A stretch of 61,618 nt of DNA from a virus. Its lineage: Duplodnaviria > Caudoviricetes. The first letter of the stretch is position 1, and each line of letters starts with the position of its first letter. Location: positions 1 to 61,618 of IMG/VR virus record IMGVR_UViG_3300030331_000798; one strand, 5' to 3'. Shown piece after piece: positions 1-8,625 of the stretch. A model generated the notes under the pieces. The model did not search any database. It had not been told where the DNA came from and worked only from the letters and a program-made list of their open reading frames with translations. A program made the position numbers and the translations under genes.

Positions 1-98
1 TGCATGATCAGCAACAGTAATTGTTGTATTAGCTGTTAAACTAACAACACCATTGTATCCAGCATTAATAAGACCTGCGAGTGATCTAACGGGGCCAG
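1..98. repeat. Terminal direct overlap, identical to 61519-61616 (circular assembly join)
   Basis: tgcatgatcagcaacag...ggggccag occurs at both ends of the window. Confidence 0.95.
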
Positions 99-117
99 CG
101 AAAGTCGTCTGAGCCAT
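1..117 (-). CDS. 5' part of a virion structural protein that wraps across the join (continues 61518->61129)
   Basis: ATG at 117-115 with AAGGAGG RBS upstream; reads MAQTTFAGPVRSLAGLINAGYNGVVSLTANTTITVADHA and continues in frame into GRPLLCNDADG at the other end. Confidence 0.85.
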   Translation of the reverse strand, partial: MAQTTFAGPVRSLAGLINAGYNGVVSLTANTTITVADHA

Positions 118-202
118 CGGTTTTTCCTCCTTACGAAAGGTTTCGCCCTAGAGTCTTCGTAAGCGTCTGCTGGGACAGTCGCTAGGGCTATTATATTCCC
201 AG

Positions 203-227
203 AAATAAAGGGGGGCATAGCCCCCCT
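203..227 (-). terminator. Rho-independent terminator after the major capsid gene
   Basis: On the minus strand AGGGGGGC-TAT-GCCCCCCT followed by TTATTT, just after the MCP stop. Confidence 0.65.
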
Positions 228-233
228 GTGGTA

Positions 234-1142
234 TTATGCTCCAGGAGAGCCGAAAATACCTCTCCAATCAGACCAGCCAAAGCTATAACGCTCTCTGGCC
301 TTATAACGAACATTTCCGGTTTCAAAGTCACCTTCCATGTTTGTTGATACAGCCGTACGAACAAAATGCTTAAGTCCGTTAGGAACGTCAGTCTTCAGGA
401 AGAACGCATCAGTATCAGTCAGATAATGATTTACGGTGTAGCCTTCAGGAACCATGCCCATATTGCGAACCGCGTTAATATCATTGTCTGCCGTACCAAC
501 TCTTCCAGGAGATTCAAGAAGCCTATCCGCAACAAACTGCAAAGCAGGTGGGATAATTAGCTTTCTTGCCTGAGCGTTAATTTTAAGACCGCGCTCGTCT
601 TCGAACGCAGCAATATCAATCAACGCTTGCTCCAATGAAGTTTCATTCAAATCAGCTGCAGTAGACAGCTCATTTTTCTGATCTTCATTTCCAACGGTTG
701 GGTGGTCAGTTGCACAAAGCTCTTTTCCATCACCACCAGTATAAGAAGAACTAAACGCATTGTTCAATACGTTAGCTGCTTTAATCTGCTTAGTGGTCAT
801 CATGGAACGTGCTAGTGCGCGTGTGTAACGAGAAGACAGAGTGTCATACAAGTTGTCCTCGATGGCTTCTTCAGTCAAGCTGAAGGCCAAAGCGACCGTG
901 TCGTGTGTATAACGTGCTGTCCATGCTTCCTGTGCAGTGTCGTAGTTCACCGCAGAGCCTTCGCTCTTGACCGGTGCTTCTCCAAAGCCAGTTAGCATGA
1001 CTTCTTCCTCGTAAGCTCTTTCAGAGTTTTCTGTGTCGAAAATCTCTTCGTGCTCATTCGGATAACGATCATACTCTAGTCCAAAGAGAGCATGAAGGCC
1101 AGGAACAAGCTCTTTAACGAGTTGTGCTCTATTAATAGCCAT
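234..1142 (-). CDS. Major capsid protein
   Basis: 302 aa; MAINRAQLVKELVPGL N-terminus and YKARERYSFGWSDWRGIFGS C-terminus typical of marine phage MCPs; lies after scaffold and decoration genes. Confidence 0.88.
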   Translation of the reverse strand: MAINRAQLVKELVPGLHALFGLEYDRYPNEHEEIFDTENSERAYEEEVMLTGFGEAPVKSEGSAVNYDTAQEAWTARYTHDTVALAFSLTEEAIEDNLYDTLSSRYTRALARSMMTTKQIKAANVLNNAFSSSYTGGDGKELCATDHPTVGNEDQKNELSTAADLNETSLEQALIDIAAFEDERGLKINAQARKLIIPPALQFVADRLLESPGRVGTADNDINAVRNMGMVPEGYTVNHYLTDTDAFFLKTDVPNGLKHFVRTAVSTNMEGDFETGNVRYKARERYSFGWSDWRGIFGSPGA

Positions 1143-1154
1143 TAATTACTCTCC

Positions 1155-1694
1155 TTAAACTGCGAAGGTGTTAGTTGGGAATGTAAAGTACGCCCGAGCA
1201 TAAGCACCGATGCTATTGCTAGGAGAATCTACAAAACCGACACATAAAGCAACACCACTAGAAGTAGTGGCTGTTACACCCTCTTTTGAACGTCCGTTAG
1301 TAGAACTACCGGCAGTTGTACTTAAAGTGTACTTATTACCGATAAAACTTACTGCAGGAGTTCCTGCTGTGAACTGTGCTTCAAACACAATACCAGGATC
1401 AGCATACACATATGCTTCCGCATCTGCGCTACCGAGTGTGGCTGTGCTTGCAGCCCACGATTTAGAAAACGTAGGAGTCCCATCCGTAGCCGTGTAATAC
1501 ACACCGTAAAACACGCCAACAGGAGTTGAGGTTGCTCCCGCTTGGTTGATATAGCCCGAAGAAAGCGTGACTACGTCGCCGCTATAAATAGCAGTTCCGT
1601 ATGCACTTGCAATACGCATTTTCTTGGGTCTAATTGTTCCCCCGTATAGGGAGAAAGCGGGGGTGAACCCATTAGGTGCATCCGTATTCGCCAT
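1155..1694 (-). CDS. Head decoration / capsid cement protein
   Basis: 179 aa, small-residue and beta-rich, MANTDAPNGFTP...IYSGDVV; immediately upstream of MCP. Confidence 0.65.
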   Translation of the reverse strand: MANTDAPNGFTPAFSLYGGTIRPKKMRIASAYGTAIYSGDVVTLSSGYINQAGATSTPVGVFYGVYYTATDGTPTFSKSWAASTATLGSADAEAYVYADPGIVFEAQFTAGTPAVSFIGNKYTLSTTAGSSTNGRSKEGVTATTSSGVALCVGFVDSPSNSIGAYARAYFTFPTNTFAV

Positions 1695-1721
1695 TGTTAA
1701 ACCCTCATATTAGAGTGATAG

Positions 1722-2189
1722 TTAATCAGAACTTACGTCCCGACTGCCAAATTCAACTTTAGAGTTCCTTTGAATGTCTCGTTTGCTAATAGGCATTCTA
1801 GGATCACTATCCCGCAAAAGGTCGTTGTCTACTCCCTGAAGCTGTTCCTGACTTCTTCGTGAAAAGTAATCAGTTCTTTCTTCTACAGTTTCTTCTGGAA
1901 CTTTTGCAAGAACTAAGCCACCTACTCCAATTGTACCCGCGTGCTTACCGTCGTCTATTGTAGGAGAGTCAAACTCTGGATAGTCTTCCGCTCTTACTGG
2001 TTCGAATCCTTCACGAATGCGTTTAGACATATTCGCTTTGTCATCGTGACCTCGGACTTCTGCACGTAACCACCTGTGTTTATATCCAGGAGGTGCTTCT
2101 GGGGCATCCAACATTGAAGGGGGTTGCCATGTTTTTCTGCGAGCCTTCTTTGCTCGTGTATCAGCAGACCTAGGAGTTCGATCTGTCAT
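1722..2189 (-). CDS. Conserved head-module hypothetical protein
   Basis: 155 aa, GGAG RBS, between scaffold and decoration genes. Confidence 0.6.
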   Translation of the reverse strand: MTDRTPRSADTRAKKARRKTWQPPSMLDAPEAPPGYKHRWLRAEVRGHDDKANMSKRIREGFEPVRAEDYPEFDSPTIDDGKHAGTIGVGGLVLAKVPEETVEERTDYFSRRSQEQLQGVDNDLLRDSDPRMPISKRDIQRNSKVEFGSRDVSSD

Positions 2190-2201
2190 TCTTTATCTCC
2201 T

Positions 2202-3089
2202 CTATACATATTTTGCGTACTCTTCTAACGGCACTCCGATCCTTTTCGCAATTGCTATTTGCGAAGGAGAGAGTGAAACTTTGCGTGCTCCGCGATTAGG
2301 AGACCCAACACCACGGCTAGGCCCAGCAACAGCGGATTGTTGCACGGGTTTTGCTTGATCAAATTTTTGCGGGAAATATTCCTGCATTCTTTTGTCAACC
2401 TCTTTATAATAATCCGGAGACTGAGGGTTCCAAATTACTTGACCTCTTTGGTTATTCTCGGAGATTAAATCTTCGTGAATATCCATAGCAGCCTGAGTCA
2501 TCACCCGATCCTGCCCGAACCATTTATTTCGTTCTGCCCATTCTTCCGTGATAGGATCTATCGAGGGAGGTGGGGGCTGTGGGGCTTGTTGCTGCGGAGC
2601 AGCAGGCGGCCTTTCAGCTCTTACCTTTTGTTGTCTTTGTAAACGCTGAACATTCTGCGCTTCTAATGAAGTTTTAGCAACTGCTTCCGTGGCTAATGCT
2701 ATAGCTTCTGCATCGCCTAATTCCTGTGCTTCTTTAAGAGCTTTTCTAGCTCTTTCCGCATCAGACTTAACGCGAGCGTCATATTCATTAACTAAGGTTG
2801 TATCTGAAGAAGTTAACTTACTTTGCAGCGTTTGGTTTTCAGCTTGAACATTTTGAGCGAATTTAATTGCTTCTTGTTCTCGCCTTTCTGCCTCACGCAT
2901 ACGATAAGTTAGTTTATCGATGCGTTTTTTAACACCGGCACTATACTCATCTACCTCTTCGGTATGTTGAGTTTCTTCGATCGTTTGGTCACTTGTGTCC
3001 ACGTCAGGAGTGCTATCTTGAATCACATCCGCTTCGTGAATATCAACTTCCTCTTCAGGAAGTTCTAGTTCTATATTTTGTTCAGCCAC
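2202..3089 (-). CDS. Capsid scaffolding protein
   Basis: Acidic N-terminus, long coiled coil, C-terminal AKRIGVPLEEYAKYV helix; located upstream of MCP. Confidence 0.7.
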   Translation of the reverse strand: MAEQNIELELPEEEVDIHEADVIQDSTPDVDTSDQTIEETQHTEEVDEYSAGVKKRIDKLTYRMREAERREQEAIKFAQNVQAENQTLQSKLTSSDTTLVNEYDARVKSDAERARKALKEAQELGDAEAIALATEAVAKTSLEAQNVQRLQRQQKVRAERPPAAPQQQAPQPPPPSIDPITEEWAERNKWFGQDRVMTQAAMDIHEDLISENNQRGQVIWNPQSPDYYKEVDKRMQEYFPQKFDQAKPVQQSAVAGPSRGVGSPNRGARKVSLSPSQIAIAKRIGVPLEEYAKYV

Positions 3090-3104
3090 AGCTATAACTC
3101 CATA

Positions 3105-3527
3105 TTATTGCAGAATGTCTTCTGGGTCGTTTATTACAGCAAGTACTTCATCATCGTTCAAAAGCCGCATGCTGCCGCCTTCGATATTGAACCTAGCCCC
3201 TGCGTAGCGTCCAAAAATAATAAAGTCACCCTCTTTACACCAAGGCCCATCTGGAAACTTTTCCTTGTCTGCATATGCGCTTGGTCCAACAGAAACGACT
3301 AAACCTACAATCGCAGCTATTCGTTCCTTTTCGAGAGTTTGCTTTGCAAGCATAATTCCACCTTTAGTAGTGGCTTTAGGCTCGTGAGGCAGGATTAAAA
3401 TCCTGTATCCCGTAGGTACGGGAAGTCTGTCTGCGTGTGCTTCTACGTTTTCAGGTGTGATCTGAGAATCTTCTTTCTCAGTGTCAGACCCAAAATTTAG
3501 GACACGATCCGGTACTGTTTCAGTCAT
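3105..3527 (-). CDS. groES: Co-chaperonin GroES (Cpn10)
   Basis: PTGYRILI..., TKGGIML mobile loop, VVSVGP, KEGDFIIFGRYAG, LLNDDEVLAVI. Confidence 0.9.
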   Translation of the reverse strand: MTETVPDRVLNFGSDTEKEDSQITPENVEAHADRLPVPTGYRILILPHEPKATTKGGIMLAKQTLEKERIAAIVGLVVSVGPSAYADKEKFPDGPWCKEGDFIIFGRYAGARFNIEGGSMRLLNDDEVLAVINDPEDILQ

Positions 3528-3717
3528 CTATATCTTCCATTTTAGAGTGCAGGTTCACGATTTCTTGTTCAGCGAAATTTAAACCTGATATTTCGCCTAC
3601 TACTCTCACATAGTGGGAATAGTCCTGTGCGTTGCCCGAAGCCAACATTTGCGAGAGCTCTTGTTGCCGCTCTCGTACTTTGCGGAGCAAATGCTCCGAA
3701 AACTTTATATAGTCCAT
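3520..3717 (-). CDS. Hypothetical protein
   Basis: 65 aa helical ORF overlapping both neighbours. Confidence 0.65.
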   Translation of the reverse strand: MDYIKFSEHLLRKVRERQQELSQMLASGNAQDYSHYVRVVGEISGLNFAEQEIVNLHSKMEDIDD

Positions 3718-3920
3718 TAATCGCTAATGTACCTATAGAAATTCAAACCTTTAGTGGCTGCGCCACCACCCTTTATTTTGGTTTCTTTACCATCAATAAC
3801 TTTTCCAGCCGATACTTCTTTGGCTTGGGCAAAACCTTCCGCAGATGCGCTCATAGGTTCTACTTTTACGCCAGCAGGCTGGGAACTGGGCTTAGGGTAA
3901 TCCCGATTACGTGTTTTCAT
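3717..3920 (-). CDS. Hypothetical small virion-associated protein
   Basis: 67 aa, KIKGGGAATKG motif, coupled to neighbours. Confidence 0.6.
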   Translation of the reverse strand: MKTRNRDYPKPSSQPAGVKVEPMSASAEGFAQAKEVSAGKVIDGKETKIKGGGAATKGLNFYRYISD

Positions 3921-4012
3921 TTTTTGCCTTTACTTTTTGTTGAGCCGCCTCGCTTCATTTTGCGAGCACCAGCTTTTTTCATCATCTTAGGCATTTTCTT
4001 TCTACCTTTCAT
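3917..4012 (-). CDS. Very basic 31-aa peptide (below ORF-track cut-off)
   Basis: MKGRKKMPKMMKKAGARKMKRGGSTKSKGKK*; AAGGAG RBS; ATGA overlap with the next gene. Confidence 0.6.
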   Translation of the reverse strand: MKGRKKMPKMMKKAGARKMKRGGSTKSKGKK

Positions 4013-4691
4013 TCTCGTCTCCTTTTGAATATAAATTATTGAAAGTTATTTTTGGATCCATGTAGCTGTCATGAATCTCTGCGCTGTGTAAGTGTTGACT
4101 AGGATAAAAATCAGGTGCGCCTGATCCTGTCTCCCAAAGTGCTGGGTTAGTCGCTCTTACACGGTTGTTAGGAAGTGCAACGATATTACCTGTCCACTTA
4201 CCAGCGTCCGTTAATTCTAACACGTGACTTTGTTTATGTTGTGCAGGATCATCTGCAATATCATTACCTGTGTAATCGACAGTAAATAAGTATCGCCCCG
4301 TGTGAAATTCATTATCTATTTTACAAAGCCAAGGACTAGAAGAAACACGATCCATTTTAATAACAGCGTGCTCATAAGAACTACAATCCCACGGCTGAGC
4401 TAAATGCGTAGGCATAGCTTCAGGCATCTCCTCTAAAACAGAGTCTGCAACAAGCGCAGTTATAGGCATCCTAGCCCACATCGCGCCACCGTGTATGTTT
4501 TCTGCATCTTCTTCTGCATCAAGCTCAAATCCTGTAAAGACTACTTGAAAAGACAAGCACCTATCTGGAATGGTGTTTACCGCAAAAACAACCGCGTGTA
4601 AATACTCTCCATGGTAGTCTAAATGATTGTGTGTAAATTCTTTTCGGATCCATGCGTTAAAATGAGGTATGTTGCTTAATAAATAAGCCAC
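4002..4691 (-). CDS. Conserved hypothetical protein
   Basis: 229 aa globular ORF directly after the portal stop. Confidence 0.7.
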   Translation of the reverse strand: MAYLLSNIPHFNAWIRKEFTHNHLDYHGEYLHAVVFAVNTIPDRCLSFQVVFTGFELDAEEDAENIHGGAMWARMPITALVADSVLEEMPEAMPTHLAQPWDCSSYEHAVIKMDRVSSSPWLCKIDNEFHTGRYLFTVDYTGNDIADDPAQHKQSHVLELTDAGKWTGNIVALPNNRVRATNPALWETGSGAPDFYPSQHLHSAEIHDSYMDPKITFNNLYSKGDENER

Positions 4692-7070
4692 CTATTCCTG
4701 TTCTCTAGATTCGCGAACAACCTTCGCGATCTCAGTTAGGTTTGAATCAATATCTCTTTCATTTTGCATTTCAGCTTCTTGCAGATCTGCAGCAACCTTA
4801 ATATCTGTCTGTCGTTCTTGAGAGTCTAGTTTCTCTAGTTCGAGGTCAGTCTTACGCTGCGAGTCTCTGTCTTTCTGAGACAGTTTTTCGTATTCCAGAT
4901 TCATCTGCTCTTGGAACATTTCGCGTTGAGGGTCTTGCTGCTGTGCAGCCATTGCTTGCGCTAACGCTTGCTCCTGACCTGTTATTTGTTGTGTAGCTTG
5001 TGCCGCAGCCATTGCAATCTGACTTTCCATCTCTGGAGGTAGTTGCGGCATTTGACCGTCCGGTCCAGGTTGTGGTAACTGAATACCTTGCTGCGCCAGA
5101 ATCTGTTCCATTTGCACTCTGTACTTCAATGCAATGTGTTCTTGAATATGTGCTTGCAATGCTGACATTGCTTGTGGGTTCTGCTGTATCTGTGGGCTTT
5201 GCATAAACGCCATATGCGCTTGGATATGTGCGTCGTGATTCTGTTGAATAAATGCTTTTAACGGTACATTCATTAAAGCATCCATATTTTCCTGAACAGG
5301 ATCTTTAGGTGTTGGCTCAAATTCAGGAAGTAATAAATCGTCAATATCTCGTATGTTCAACGCCAAATACATTTTACGAAACGCTTCCCGCATATTATGT
5401 AGTTGCGGTGCGCTTTGTGCCATCTGAAGCTGTGTCTGGGCTAAGATGATTCGCTGTGTGGTGCTAAAGATGTTAGGATCAGAAACAGGTATAACATCTA
5501 CGTTGTCGCTAAAGTCTTCACGGAAAACACTTTGCTGTGCGCCTTGTACTTGGTAAGGATATTCCTGTGGAAGCACCTCTCCGAATATACGCTTGAGTAT
5601 TTTGAATTCATTGCGCTGTGCATAGTGCAGTCGCTTATGAATTGCAGAAATAACCTTCTGGCCTTTTTCTAACATGGCAACTGTAGTACCTACTGGAGCA
5701 TTTTGATTACCATCTCCAGCTCCTTGGTCCATTACTGCTGCGAACTTCTGACCAGACTCAACTAAAAGACCTAATAGCTGCGCTAATGTGCCGCTTGGTT
5801 CTTTATAAGGTAGCGGCAAGAAGGAATCGCGAATAACACCTCCAGGAGTGTCAACATCACGCCACTCTCCTGGTTGTATAGGGTCATCAGACCGTTGAAT
5901 ATTTAATCCACGAGATTTAAAACCAGCAGGTAAGTTTGAAAGCGTTCCTGCGTCAATTAATTGCCGTAATATTGCAGTAGCGGATTTAGTTACACCGCCA
6001 ATCATATGAATTAGACCAAATCCGTAAAATCCCAATCCAGGAAGGAATTTATAATGCGTAAAGTATTCAACTTTTTTACGCATAGGGTCTGTCGGATCAT
6101 AATTTTGCCGTATTGATAAAACTTCGTTAGTATCTAGGCAGATAGTGATAATATACGGTAACGCCAAGCCGGTAGGCTCACCGTTTTCATCTTTGTCTTC
6201 AAAACCGTCTAAATCAAACTCGCCGTGTACTTCTAATAGCGTATATTCGTCATCACCGCCGGTACGGTCTACACCTTCAAGCTCATCTATCTTATCTTGT
6301 AGATCATTTTGCTTAATATACGAAGGAGACCCCATAGAAACGTCACGATAAAACCCAGACAGCTGTAATTTCTTCAAATCATTCTCTGTCATCCTAATGA
6401 CGTGAGTAATTCGTGAAGCAGTTACTAAATCATTAGTTGTATACGGGACAACTAAGTCTTCTGCCTTAACAAAACGAGAAACCGCTCTACCTACAGAGGG
6501 ATCGTAGTAACTTTTCTTAAAAGCAGATCCTGCCAAGGGGAGGTAAAACAACATTTGATCCATTTCAGGATCATATTCTTCCATCTTATAAGTAAGTTGG
6601 TAGTTCATGAAGTTTTTAACACGATTTGCTTGTTCAAGTTTTGGATCTGAGGTGACGCCCATTACTTGCGTGTCTACTGGTCCCCCTGCAGGCAGCAACT
6701 CGCGGTAAGTTTGTGCCTGAAAGTGCGTAACCGCTTCAGCTAGTAGCGGATGATACACGCCGCTTGCACCTTCGAAGGGTTCGCTGCGTGTATTTGTTTT
6801 AATTCCTAGTAAATCTAGTCCGTCTCTGAAAGTTTCATACCAGTCTTGACGAGAATCTAAGTCGTCATGGTAATAAGACGTAATTTTTGAAGCAAGTTCG
6901 CCTCTTGTGGACTCGTCTAATATTTCAGCAATGTTTTCGCCAAACGATATTGCATAATCTTCGTCAAATTCATCACCGAAACTAGCGACGCCTTCGTCGT
7001 CTATAAAAACTTCGACGACTTCGTCTTCTAAAGGCTCCTCTTCTACTTCAATTTCAAATTGTTCAGCCAT
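4692..7070 (-). CDS. Portal protein (P22/podovirus-like, long C-terminal coiled coil)
   Basis: 792 aa after terL; FEGASGVYHPLLAEA and FYGFGL motifs; Q-rich C-terminal barrel. Confidence 0.85.
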   Translation of the reverse strand: MAEQFEIEVEEEPLEDEVVEVFIDDEGVASFGDEFDEDYAISFGENIAEILDESTRGELASKITSYYHDDLDSRQDWYETFRDGLDLLGIKTNTRSEPFEGASGVYHPLLAEAVTHFQAQTYRELLPAGGPVDTQVMGVTSDPKLEQANRVKNFMNYQLTYKMEEYDPEMDQMLFYLPLAGSAFKKSYYDPSVGRAVSRFVKAEDLVVPYTTNDLVTASRITHVIRMTENDLKKLQLSGFYRDVSMGSPSYIKQNDLQDKIDELEGVDRTGGDDEYTLLEVHGEFDLDGFEDKDENGEPTGLALPYIITICLDTNEVLSIRQNYDPTDPMRKKVEYFTHYKFLPGLGFYGFGLIHMIGGVTKSATAILRQLIDAGTLSNLPAGFKSRGLNIQRSDDPIQPGEWRDVDTPGGVIRDSFLPLPYKEPSGTLAQLLGLLVESGQKFAAVMDQGAGDGNQNAPVGTTVAMLEKGQKVISAIHKRLHYAQRNEFKILKRIFGEVLPQEYPYQVQGAQQSVFREDFSDNVDVIPVSDPNIFSTTQRIILAQTQLQMAQSAPQLHNMREAFRKMYLALNIRDIDDLLLPEFEPTPKDPVQENMDALMNVPLKAFIQQNHDAHIQAHMAFMQSPQIQQNPQAMSALQAHIQEHIALKYRVQMEQILAQQGIQLPQPGPDGQMPQLPPEMESQIAMAAAQATQQITGQEQALAQAMAAQQQDPQREMFQEQMNLEYEKLSQKDRDSQRKTDLELEKLDSQERQTDIKVAADLQEAEMQNERDIDSNLTEIAKVVRESREQE

Positions 7071-7107
7071 AGCGCGGAACGATACCTCGTTTTAATTCAA
7101 TAATAAA

Positions 7108-8625
7108 TCAGTAATATGCACGGACTTTGGGGTAATATTCCTCTTCGTCGTCGTAATCTGAGTCTAGTCTCAAAAATCCACCATTTCTAAAGCGTATTAA
7201 CGCTAATGTTGTGGAGTCCACCAAATCATCATGCTCTCCGTTAGGAAAGTCCGTAACTTCTTCCATTAATTCTTCAGCCCAGCGGTTTTCTGGCACCCAA
7301 ACCTTACCTTCTTGGAACATAGGGCTGACTGAATTCAACCTTGCAATCTTATCTTGGCCTTTGTTGGGTGAATACGTGTTAATCGGTATACCGAGTCTGC
7401 GTAATTCTTGCGTTAGCGGGATACCTGTTGCTTTCGTTTCAATAATTACAGAATCAGGATCCCAATATTCGTACAAACGTATCGCTTCTCGCTTTAGCTC
7501 AGGAAAATCTAGTCGCTCTTTTACACAATCAATCAAGATAATGTGCGCCTGACCTCCTGGATACATCTCATCGTTGATTTTTCCTTCCGGATAGAACACA
7601 CCCCACGTGGTTATTGCTGTAAAGTCAGCACGTTCAGACTTTAGAAACGCCGTATCGTAACTTTGAATTAAATATTCACAAGCTGGAGGCGCGTCGTTAG
7701 GCCAAATCTTGAACCATTCTTTCGGAATAATAGAAATACCTTCGCCGGTTGGCCGCTGCATGTACTGAGCCGCCCATTTCGAAGGAGGAACCGAAGCCTT
7801 AATCGACTCAAGTTCTTCTAATTTCCAAAATTCAGGCCATAACGATTTACCCGATGGCAAGATTGCAGGAAACTCAATCAGTTCCCATTGGTCTGCGTTC
7901 TTGTCTTGCATCATTTTCTTGATTAATTTACCCGTTAAATCTTTTTTAGACCAACGAGTCATCACGATAACGATAGCACCTCCTGGTTGGAGACGCTGTC
8001 GGGGGCCAGTCATAAACCAATCGTAGGCTTCGTCTAGTGATTTATCGGAAAACGCATCTTGTTCGGAGTGAGGATCGTCGATAATAAACAAATCAGCACC
8101 ACGACCTGCAAGTGCACCGCCTATACCTGACGCATAATACTCACCGCGTTGCGAAGTTAACCATTTACCCGCGCTTCTTGAGTCAGCTTTTAGTTCTGTC
8201 TTAGGAAATATCTCACGATATTCTTCAGTGTCAATTAAGTCACGCACCTTACGGCCAAAGTTTATAGCTAGGTCAGCCGTGTGCGTTGCTTCAATAATTT
8301 TTAACTTAGGATTTTTTCCTAACAAGTAAGCAGGAAACAGGTGTGACGCAAATTCAGACTTCGTATGTCTGGGCGGCATGTTGATAATTAACCGCTTTAG
8401 CTCACCGCTTGCTATTTTATCAAACGCCTGTGCCATTTTACGGTGGTGATCACCGTTAATAAATTCAGGCCAGATGATTTTTACAAAGTCAATAAAGCTA
8501 GAAGCAGAAGTTTCTCTGCGTTCGCGCTTTTCAAGTTCTTCAAGGAGAAGTGTAAACTCTTTTGCTTCACTCTTAGATAAGAATGACAGGTCTACGTTTT
8601 TTAGATCCTTGAGGATATCACTCAT
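7108..8625 (-). CDS. terL: Terminase large subunit
   Basis: NMPPRHTKSE Walker A, FIIDDP Walker B, VMTRW motif III, SYDTA and HDDLVD nuclease motifs. Confidence 0.95.
   Translation of the reverse strand: MSDILKDLKNVDLSFLSKSEAKEFTLLLEELEKRERRETSASSFIDFVKIIWPEFINGDHHRKMAQAFDKIASGELKRLIINMPPRHTKSEFASHLFPAYLLGKNPKLKIIEATHTADLAINFGRKVRDLIDTEEYREIFPKTELKADSRSAGKWLTSQRGEYYASGIGGALAGRGADLFIIDDPHSEQDAFSDKSLDEAYDWFMTGPRQRLQPGGAIVIVMTRWSKKDLTGKLIKKMMQDKNADQWELIEFPAILPSGKSLWPEFWKLEELESIKASVPPSKWAAQYMQRPTGEGISIIPKEWFKIWPNDAPPACEYLIQSYDTAFLKSERADFTAITTWGVFYPEGKINDEMYPGGQAHIILIDCVKERLDFPELKREAIRLYEYWDPDSVIIETKATGIPLTQELRRLGIPINTYSPNKGQDKIARLNSVSPMFQEGKVWVPENRWAEELMEEVTDFPNGEHDDLVDSTTLALIRFRNGGFLRLDSDYDDEEEYYPKVRAYY

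Noticed and set aside
1-98. Biological terminal repeat
   Set aside because: It falls inside a coding sequence and its length fits an assembler overlap; the true ends are more plausibly near terS.
36-218. 60-aa ORF after the capsid gene
   Set aside because: It starts inside the terminator hairpin and overlaps the better-supported gene starting at 117 in another frame.
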